From contig WUQV01000172.1 of the NCBI GenBank assembly GCA_009889585.1, positions 1-24,000 on the forward strand: DNA of 24,000 nucleotides, read 5' to 3'. A program made the position numbers and the translations under genes. Positions 16,047 through 23,096 of the stretch are shown here, piece by piece. Origin of the DNA: Candidatus Bathyarchaeota archaeon. GTDB taxonomy: Archaea > Thermoproteota > Bathyarchaeia > Bathyarchaeales > WUQV01. The notes under the pieces were generated by a model. The model searched no databases. It had not been told where the DNA came from and saw nothing but the letters and a program-made list of their open reading frames with translations. Each line of letters begins with the position of its first letter. Within the stretch, counting starts at the first letter, position 1.

Positions 16047-17528
16047 GTGGAGGGCTTAAAGGTCGCGTGCGGCGTGTTCGGAGCCGCGGACTTCGAAGGT
16101 CGATCGGTTTTCCCGCTCATTTACTGGGGGTTAAGGGCTCAAAACCATCGAGGCCATCAGTCGTATGGCTTCTTAACGTACGATAGAGGATTTCACGTTC
16201 ATAAGAGCTTGGGGTTGATACCGAAGTTGAAGGCCGGCGTAATGCAAAAGCAGCTTAAGCGTTTAATTGGACACGTAGGCATTGGAAACGTTAGATATAC
16301 TACGTCAGGAGGAGCTGATGAGCGATCACTAATGAAAAATGCACAGCCAGTTATAGCAGAGTATGAGAGGAAAAAAGTTGCTATTTCATTTAATGGGAAT
16401 GTAGTAAACATCATTCAATTGAAGGATGAGTTTAATAAATTGTTCTTAAATATTACGTATGAATCCGATATGGAGTTAATATGTTATGAAATTCTTAAGG
16501 GGATGTTAAAGGTTGGAGATTTAATGGAATCAGTGAAGGCTTGCATAGAGGAGCTGGAGGGCGCTTTCTCCGTCGCTGGCGTGACTGAAGACGGAACTTT
16601 CTTCGCTTTTAAAGACCCTTATGGCATAAGGCCCCTTTGCGCTGGATTTAGCGAGGACCGTAACGCTTACGCCGTCTCCTCTGAAAGCGTCGGGTTAGAC
16701 ATTAACGACCTTACGTTTGATTTCGAAGTGGAGCCAGGGGAATTAATCGTCGCTACGAACGATGGCTTCGAACGGAGTAAGCTCGTTAGCGGTAGAAGGA
16801 AGGCCTTTTGCGCTTTTGAATTCGCTTATTTCGCAAGGCCTGACTCCCGCCTCGGGGATAAGTACGTTTACGAAGTTAGGGAGGAGTTCGGAAGGAATCT
16901 AGCTTCGGAGTACGCAGACGTAGCGAGGGGTGTTGACGTAATCCTTTCCATGCCTGAGACGGCTGAGGACGCTGCGCTAGGCCTTCATGAGGCGACTGGC
17001 TTAAGGTGGGAACGAGCTTTACGAAGGCATCGCTACGTCACGGAGAGGGCGTTCATCCTCCTGCCGGCTGAACGATATGAGACCGTTGGGAAGAAGGTAA
17101 ACGTCCTCGCCTCGAAGATACGTGGAAAACGCGTAATCGTAGTAGACGATAGCATCGTTAGAGGGGATACGACAAAGGTTATCGTAAGGAGGTTGCGTAA
17201 AATGGGCGCTAAGGAGGTTCACTTGTTCATAACGTTCCCACGAATTAGAGGACCTTGCTTTTATGGAATTGATATGGCAACTTATAGTGAGTTGATTGGC
17301 TCAATGCATGAGCCACATGAAATAGCTGAGATAGTAGGTGCAGATAGCGTAAATTATCAATCTGTGAATAATTTTGTAAAGGCAACCGGATTTAGTGAAA
17401 ATGAGCTTTGCTTAGGTTGCGTAACGTTAAATTATCCAACGCCATTAGCACAAAAGCTTGCAGATGAAGGGTGGAAGAGAGTTCAAGAAGGGCAAGTAGA
17501 AGTAGGGAGATTATACGAGTGTAGTTAA
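16047..17528 (+). CDS. purF: Amidophosphoribosyltransferase (glutamine PRPP amidotransferase), Fe-S type
   Basis: A short propeptide precedes the catalytic Cys (MEGLKVA-CGVFGA). It also has NAQP...NGNVVN and the PRPP loop VIVVDDSIVRGDT. Cys residues at the positions of the 4Fe-4S ligands are FCAFE, PCFYGID and CLGC. The start is GTG. Confidence 0.95.
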   Translation: MEGLKVACGVFGAADFEGRSVFPLIYWGLRAQNHRGHQSYGFLTYDRGFHVHKSLGLIPKLKAGVMQKQLKRLIGHVGIGNVRYTTSGGADERSLMKNAQPVIAEYERKKVAISFNGNVVNIIQLKDEFNKLFLNITYESDMELICYEILKGMLKVGDLMESVKACIEELEGAFSVAGVTEDGTFFAFKDPYGIRPLCAGFSEDRNAYAVSSESVGLDINDLTFDFEVEPGELIVATNDGFERSKLVSGRRKAFCAFEFAYFARPDSRLGDKYVYEVREEFGRNLASEYADVARGVDVILSMPETAEDAALGLHEATGLRWERALRRHRYVTERAFILLPAERYETVGKKVNVLASKIRGKRVIVVDDSIVRGDTTKVIVRRLRKMGAKEVHLFITFPRIRGPCFYGIDMATYSELIGSMHEPHEIAEIVGADSVNYQSVNNFVKATGFSENELCLGCVTLNYPTPLAQKLADEGWKRVQEGQVEVGRLYECS

Positions 17529-17646
17529 AACCTTTAAAAGTATTGTTAACTATAACTTTTTAATCTTCAGCTAACCTTTGGACTATTTTCGCTTCGACGA
17601 AAATCAACCTCAAGCCTTGCGAGAAAGGGAACCTAGGGTTTCATAG

Positions 17647-17847
17647 CTATAACTCATTATGCCTTCCCCAGATGAACCTCTTCTTCCGCTGCTCCTCCTC
17701 AATCAGCTCCTTTAAATCCCCCTTCGCAAGGCCTCTTGACGGCCGATTAGGATCTATCGATAGCTGACCCCTTATGCCTGCAGGCCAGCCCTTCCGAAAA
17801 AGCGAAGATGAGGCATCGATCAAATCGAGGTAAAGAGGGCAGATCAT
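17647..17847 (-). CDS. Hypothetical 66-aa ORF (possibly a gene remnant)
   Basis: This is an ORF only, bounded by a stop immediately upstream of its ATG, with GC higher than the surrounding DNA. I recognise no motif. Confidence 0.2.
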   Translation of the reverse strand: MICPLYLDLIDASSSLFRKGWPAGIRGQLSIDPNRPSRGLAKGDLKELIEEEQRKKRFIWGRHNEL

Positions 17848-18745
17848 TCAGCTTTATCTAGATCAAGAAATTTACGGCATCCTGAGATAATATTCTCTTA
17901 TACTGTTCCATAAAGGACTCCACCAAGAACGTGGGGGAGTTTTGTATGCATTACTACATTACAAGGCGTTTCCTTTAAGCTATTTTTGCTTTTCTTAATA
18001 TTAAAGCGCGCCGACCACGTTGATTTTCCATAGCAAGTTCAAATGGTTACCAACTTTAGTCAGGAGGGAACCTACGTGTACCACTTTTGACCAATTTATT
18101 CCATCTCAGGCTTAAGTAAGTTGTAGGAATTTAGGCGAGTAGTGAATTTATGGATAACTCAGCGGGCTTTCTTCAAAGGTTCCTCTTATTACGTCTAGTT
18201 TCCTTATAACAGACTTTAATCTTAACAGCCATATGAAAGAGCTTTATGCAATGTAAAGATAATTAACTATGCGGCTTCGAACCTTTTAAGTTCAAATTAT
18301 TTTAACCTAAATGATCCTCATCGCTGTCCTTTAAATTAGCCGTACAAAACTACCACGCTTGTGCTGAGAACAGGAAACGTCATCACTTCCATCAAGTTTC
18401 TTAAAATGTGAAATGCCTAGGCTTCTATGGCAAAGTCTAGAATAGAAACCGCTTATTAAGCTTAATATTAAGCATACAAGAAATCTTCAACAATCTAGCA
18501 TGAAAGCAATTAAAACCTTAAGAAAAAGTCAAAGGATGAATCGCAAATTCTATTGCATACATGGCACTTATTGCAGCATAAATTAGTAGCAAAGTCTGCC
18601 TAGGCTTTATAAGCTTTTATAACCTTAGAATTAATCCCTTATGGCTTGCTAGGAGTGAAAGCTATATATTTTGCTAAAGCCGATGCTACCCAGGGTAATA
18701 AATTAACTTACTCTGCTTGCAAACCTCACTAAGTGTATATAAGCC

Positions 18746-19174
18746 TTAATCGGATTTATTTTCCTCATAAGTTTTCGTTATTTTCTTCTTGAAAAGAAAC
18801 TCTAATTGAGACATGACTTTAACTTCATATTTTTTAAGCAATTTCCTTGCTTTTTTATCACTTGTAATCACTATGTCTGCATTTATTGTCTTCGCTAAGT
18901 TTACAAGATGAGAATCATCTATTTCCTCAGGAAGAATTCTAACAAGTTCCTCATCCCTTTTCATGATAAGCTGACCTTGCTCTTTTAAACGATCTAACTT
19001 TCTCATGACTGATAGTGGTGATAGACCTTCTTCTCCAATATGCCTTTCATACTCATCACTTAATCTTCTGCAAAGGGCTACAGTGATCTTCTCCTGCTTT
19101 GCTTTATTAATAATACACTCTCCTAAGTACTTCTTAAGGAAGGAACAAGCATCGATTACCACGGTTTTCTTCAT
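18746..19174 (-). CDS. PIN-domain nuclease (predicted effector of the ATPase-PIN pair)
   Basis: KTVVIDACSF gives the strand-1 Asp, SDEYERHIGEE is an acidic helix, and EIDDSHLVNLAKTINADIVITSDKKARKLL gives the Asp-x3-hydrophobic-A helix followed by the hydrophobic-T/S-x-D strand. This is the canonical PIN layout. Its ATG directly abuts the upstream stop codon (TGAATG). Confidence 0.7.
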   Translation of the reverse strand: MKKTVVIDACSFLKKYLGECIINKAKQEKITVALCRRLSDEYERHIGEEGLSPLSVMRKLDRLKEQGQLIMKRDEELVRILPEEIDDSHLVNLAKTINADIVITSDKKARKLLKKYEVKVMSQLEFLFKKKITKTYEENKSD

Positions 19175-20497
19175 TCATACCTTACTCGGAATAGTCTCTT
19201 CCCATTCTCTTAATAACCTGCGCTCAACTTCAAAGAAAGATGGAATATAGCCTTTAATGTAACCATACTCGTTTAACATTAGTTTCCTTGCAAAGGTACC
19301 TTTACTTCCTTTCTCGATCTCATAGACTGCTATAAGGTCATTTGGATCTTCATAAGGGCCCTCTTTAATAGCTAGCTTTACGGCCCTACTTAATGCCATA
19401 GGCAGTATGGTACTGTGAGTAGTCGCAATTATTTGCTTACCAAATTTAACTGCGTCATAAAACATTAAAGGCAATTGCGATACCGCTTCCGGATGAAGGC
19501 TTATCTCAGGTTCTTCTATCAATATCAAACCTTGATGAGGCCAGAACAACTGACAGATTACACTTAATGCCTGTCTGGCTCCATGACTTGCTTGTGCTAA
19601 CTCAAGCACCACGTTTAATTTGTCATCCTGATAATCAGAGCCAAGCTTATGTGAGCCTCGGAATCCAGCATATAAATCTATGATTCTTAAATCACTAGCC
19701 CATCTTTTAACGGCGTCCCATTCTTCCCTATATCGTCTTGAGCTAGATAGAATTGATAAACATTCGATTAAATTTTCTCCTGCTAATCCCATCTCTCTAG
19801 GGCTCTTTGAGTCATCGCCATAGTAGGGCGTTCTTCCTCTTATTGGAGAAAGAAGTGCAACTCTACTGACGTAGTTATGTACTAACTCATTCTGTATTAA
19901 CTTGACAATTCTCATAGAAAGTTTGGAGCGTGGCTCACATTCTTTAAGCTTTTCCTCATCCTCCTTTGGAGCAGATAACATAAAGGCTCCTGGACTTAAT
20001 AGATGAGGGTTACTTGCGTATATCTCCTTATATTCTTCAGGTTTAAGAACCATGTACTTACCTTCAGCTAGGCCTATTCTAAGCACGGTTTGATCATTTA
20101 TACTGACTTCCTGGGCTGCATATTCATGTCCATATGCTATCTCCCAACTTAAATAGGAATTTTCCCTTATCGTGATTCCAACTTCGCTAGCTAGATATTG
20201 TAATTCTTTAAAAGAATCGGTTGGAATGGTAGAGATAATCTTAAATATTATCGGATTTTTAGAAGACGCTTTATGAAAAATCATGTCTTCATTTTCATAC
20301 TTAGGCTCTATTGCCCACAAACTATGGATATATGCCGTTCCTGTCAATATTCGTGACAGCCTCCATATTGCTTCAAGAATGTTAGACTTTCCTGAGCCCG
20401 TGAGCCCGAAAAGTAGCGTTATTGGCTTAAGCTCTAACTCCACCCCAGGCTCACTACCTATGCTTTTGAAGTTTTTTACTACGAGCTTAACTAGCAT
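19175..20497 (-). CDS. SMC/RecF-like ABC ATPase (AAA_15/AAA_21-like, with a COG4938/DUF3696-like C-terminal tail)
   Basis: The motifs are VKNFKSIG...LLFGLTGSGKSNILEAI (Walker A), LLSPIRGRTPYYG (YLGPLR-type motif), QASHGARQAL (signature-like), GLILIEEPEISLHPE (Walker B/D-loop) and IIATTHS (H-loop). The C-terminal tail reads LNEYGYIKGYIPSFFE. Confidence 0.85.
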   Translation of the reverse strand: MLVKLVVKNFKSIGSEPGVELELKPITLLFGLTGSGKSNILEAIWRLSRILTGTAYIHSLWAIEPKYENEDMIFHKASSKNPIIFKIISTIPTDSFKELQYLASEVGITIRENSYLSWEIAYGHEYAAQEVSINDQTVLRIGLAEGKYMVLKPEEYKEIYASNPHLLSPGAFMLSAPKEDEEKLKECEPRSKLSMRIVKLIQNELVHNYVSRVALLSPIRGRTPYYGDDSKSPREMGLAGENLIECLSILSSSRRYREEWDAVKRWASDLRIIDLYAGFRGSHKLGSDYQDDKLNVVLELAQASHGARQALSVICQLFWPHQGLILIEEPEISLHPEAVSQLPLMFYDAVKFGKQIIATTHSTILPMALSRAVKLAIKEGPYEDPNDLIAVYEIEKGSKGTFARKLMLNEYGYIKGYIPSFFEVERRLLREWEETIPSKV

Positions 20498-20523
20498 GCC
20501 TCATAACTAAAGGAACGAACTGA

Positions 20524-20530
20524 CTTAAAT
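20524..20530 (-). promoter_or_regulatory. TATA-box-like element (ATTTAAG on the minus strand) about 27-33 nt upstream of the ATPase ATG
   Basis: Seen in the sequence. The spacing fits an archaeal TATA box for a leaderless or short-leader transcript. There is no BRE analysis and no experimental support. Confidence 0.25.
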
Positions 20531-20732
20531 CCGTATCTGAAGCAGGAGTCATCACGCTTACGCATGATCTCCGAGAAGCCGTGAAGATTGAAGCGTTAAA
20601 CAAGGTCTAACTCTCACGCAGGCGGTAGGGGCTGCGTTACGGAAGTGGCTTGAGCTTTCTGATGCGGAGAGAAAGAAGAGAGCCGAAGGAGGAGGATGGC
20701 TACGCCAAAACCACCTTTTTAACGCGTGCTAG
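20524..20732 (+). pseudogene. Ribbon-helix-helix (CopG/antitoxin-like) gene, frameshifted and lacking an obvious start codon
   Basis: Frame 1 reads SVSEAGVITLTHDLREAVKIEALNKV then a stop at 20608. Frame 3 opens at 20592 and reads KQGLTLTQAVGAALRKWLELSDAERKKRAEGGGW... to a stop at 20730-20732. Joined by a 1-nt shift, these give a textbook RHH (beta strand ITLTHDL, helix REAVKIEAL, helix LTQAVGAALRKWLE). There is no ATG, GTG or TTG upstream in frame 1. Confidence 0.4.
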
Positions 20733-20952
20733 AGGCGGAAACCAAAAGTTTAGACTGGGAATTCAGAATATCAGATTTCCACGTACTTCCTTAATTGGAT
20801 ATTCCTTTTTCCCTTTCCCATATAACAGTTCTCTTTCAAGCTTGAAGCTGAATACTTTCATTGACTAAAGTTAGGCTTCTATGTAGAAGAGGGACGTCAT
20901 CAGGAAACCGATACATGAACTTTTCACATGACTATTCTGCTAACTCGCACTG

Positions 20953-21273
20953 TTAACGACAAAGCCTTCTTCTCCTCGGCATTCGTCTAAGATATGTAGA
21001 TCTGCTAAGTATCTTATTGCTCCTTAAGGAGATGACTAAGCGGAATCCCTCGAATTCGGGTTCAGCCCTCTTTGTCCCTAGCACTACCAGCACTGGCTCG
21101 CCAGCCCTTGTACAATACCTTGAAGCTACGACTTCTGGACTATCATCAGGCTTAAAGAACTCCTCAATACATTCGCAATACCCAACAACTCCCTGACGAT
21201 AAATGCGTAATTCTCCATCATAATTCTCTAAAGTGAACTCTTCATTCTTCCAAAATGCTAGCTTGACCATCAT
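20953..21273 (-). CDS. Hypothetical protein (orphan ORF; the C-terminal 25 aa look like read-through)
   Basis: This is a 106-aa ORF only, with no recognised motif. The Arg-rich low-complexity end (YLRRMPRRRRLCR) suggests decay. Confidence 0.3.
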   Translation of the reverse strand: MMVKLAFWKNEEFTLENYDGELRIYRQGVVGYCECIEEFFKPDDSPEVVASRYCTRAGEPVLVVLGTKRAEPEFEGFRLVISLRSNKILSRSTYLRRMPRRRRLCR

Positions 21274-21564
21274 TACCTTGATATTAGTGAGCTGGCTTTA
21301 ATAGTTTTCTATATATCTCTTAAGCTCGTCAAAAATCCGTAAGGAGAGGGCGGAGGACTTAACGCTCGCCCCTAGGTCATCATTGCCGAACCTCGTTGAG
21401 AGGGACCTCATTCCGATGGAGAGTTAACCAGCTTGGCCTGAACTTCATCTAAATCCCACGACCTTAGATACTGGTCCACATCAGTAGGCGTTGCAGGGGA
21501 AACCTGCTACTGCACTCTCAGTCATATGATCATAAAATGGGGGAGAGCTTGGATTAACCTTCGG

Positions 21565-21987
21565 CTATGAAGGTGCGTTGCTATAGTGCCGGAGCCAGTG
21601 GTCCAAGAAGCCACCACGCATGAGGTAGACCATTAAATGATCTGTAGCAATTAATTGTACTACTTGAGGAGGCGAGCATTGTGCTTTGTGTATAACTTCC
21701 TTCTTGATTATCACTATCGACTCGGGTATTATCTCCCCTATTGTTCCGAGCTCATTTCTTCCTATTTCCCTCAACTTTGCCTCAAATTCTATATAAACAC
21801 TTGTTCCATTGGGGAAATGTATGTAAGTTATTCCATACACCCTAGGACCCTCTGTATAAATGCGAAATATATGCTCTTTAGGGCTCTCTGCGGGGTTGCT
21901 AGCAACTAAAGGGGCATTGGTTCCTGCAAGAGTAGTGATGAAGATAACGACGGAGATTATGGCTGCTAATTTCTTGAACCGAGACAA
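21565..21987 (-). CDS. Hypothetical secreted or membrane-anchored small protein
   Basis: The N-terminus is signal-like: MSRFKK followed by the hydrophobic stretch LAAIISVVIFITTLAG. I recognise no family. Confidence 0.45.
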   Translation of the reverse strand: MSRFKKLAAIISVVIFITTLAGTNAPLVASNPAESPKEHIFRIYTEGPRVYGITYIHFPNGTSVYIEFEAKLREIGRNELGTIGEIIPESIVIIKKEVIHKAQCSPPQVVQLIATDHLMVYLMRGGFLDHWLRHYSNAPS

Positions 21988-22168
21988 TAGATTCCCTGAG
22001 AGGGAATCTCCGAGAGGCTTGCCCGATATAAACCTTTCGGTTTTTCCTTTGCTTTACTTTTCATGGCGTTAATCAAGAGCTTGTTGACCTAAAGGCTTAA
22101 TACCCCTTAGGAAATGATAGCGCTGGACATATTCAGCTTATAATGCCCTTGACATTGAACATTATACC

Positions 22169-22187
22169 AAAGGCTGTAACAGCCTTT
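22169..22187. repeat. Perfect 8-bp stem hairpin (aaaggctg taa cagccttt), about 65 nt downstream of the purQ stop
   Basis: Seen in the sequence; coordinates are approximate. It may be a transcript-end structure for purL-purQ, but there is no adjacent oligo-T on the minus strand. Confidence 0.2.
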
Positions 22188-22253
22188 CTTAAACGAAAGG
22201 TTAACGATATCGAGTTTAAGGCCGTAAGCTGTTAAGAGATCCGTCGATATTCG

Positions 22254-23096
22254 CTAATGACTTTTAGTTAAGTAGTCGATTAAGCCCTCGAATATAAGCT
22301 TTCCATCGCCGTATTGTGGAATCGCTTTTTCCCTCGTCCAATTCGGCTGTTGCCATACGTAAAAGGCTCTCTCCGGGTGAGGCATTAAGCCGAATACGAG
22401 CCCGCTTGAATCGCAAATCCCAGCTATATCATGAAACGATCCATTAGGGTTAAATGGGTAATCCCCTTCCGCCGGCTCTCCATTCGGGCGGCAGTATCGC
22501 AGGACGAGTTGATCGTCTTCGCAAAGCTTCTTCAAAAGCTCTTGTTCCCTCTCCTTCGAGAAGGTGAGCCTCCCTTCGCTATGGGCGATAGGCATCCGTA
22601 GAACTTTGCCCTTTGGGATCTTCCGCGTGAAAACGCACTTCCCTGAGCTCTCATGACGAACGTAAACCCATCGACAATTGTAACCAGGCGGGATGTTCGG
22701 AGCTAACGTCGCCTCAGGCCTTGCCTCGCCGAGATCCGGCAACAACCCCATTTCGATTAAAACTTGAAAGCCGTTGCAAATCCCGAGGACTGCTTTACCC
22801 TTTGATACGAAGGCCCTTATCTCCTTGCCGAGCTTCGCCTCCAGCAACTTCGCCCAAACTGCTCCAGCTCTAACGTAATCCCCAAAGGAGAAGCCGCCGG
22901 GGATTATTAATGCATCATAATTAGTAAGCTTATCCTTTCGTTTAACTATTTCATTCATATGCAAAACATCAACTTTAGCGCCTAGTTCTACAAGAGATCT
23001 TTTCGTTTCAGCATCACAATTCGTTCCACCAACTCGTATCATTAGAATCTTAACTCTCTTACTCACTATCAAACCCTCTCTAAAGTAGACTTCCAA
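22254..23096 (-). CDS. purQ: Phosphoribosylformylglycinamidine synthase subunit I (glutaminase, PurQ)
   Basis: It has VKILMIRVGGTNCDAET, IIPGGFSFGDY, the GICNGFQVL nucleophile Cys and LMPHPER (His/Glu of the triad). The track start overlaps purL by 28 nt; the internal ATG at 23042 is an alternative start. Confidence 0.93.
   Translation of the reverse strand: MEVYFREGLIVSKRVKILMIRVGGTNCDAETKRSLVELGAKVDVLHMNEIVKRKDKLTNYDALIIPGGFSFGDYVRAGAVWAKLLEAKLGKEIRAFVSKGKAVLGICNGFQVLIEMGLLPDLGEARPEATLAPNIPPGYNCRWVYVRHESSGKCVFTRKIPKGKVLRMPIAHSEGRLTFSKEREQELLKKLCEDDQLVLRYCRPNGEPAEGDYPFNPNGSFHDIAGICDSSGLVFGLMPHPERAFYVWQQPNWTREKAIPQYGDGKLIFEGLIDYLTKSH

Noticed and set aside
17918-17938. The sequence ctccaccaagaacgtggggga resembles an archaeal origin recognition box (TCCA...GAAAC...GGGG pattern).
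   Set aside because: It is a single copy and lacks the TCCA/TGGA dyad. There are no inverted partner boxes and no orc1/cdc6 gene nearby. This is insufficient to call a replication origin.
18261-18300. The minus strand contains ggttcgaagcc, which resembles a tRNA T-arm.
   Set aside because: No complementary T-stem, acceptor stem or anticodon arm can be drawn around it. It is not a tRNA.
18418-18429. The 12-nt exact match taggcttctatg also occurs at about 20872-20883, so the two copies bracket the ATPase-PIN pair like attL/attR.
   Set aside because: Several exact 12-mer matches are expected by chance in a 24-kb window. The flanks do not extend the match and no integrase is present.
20596-20602. 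A possible programmed -1 frameshift site (g tta aac) joining the two RHH frames.
   Set aside because: The heptamer is not of the X XXY YYZ type (the P-site codon cannot re-pair), and no downstream structure is evident. An indel mutation or sequencing error is more parsimonious.
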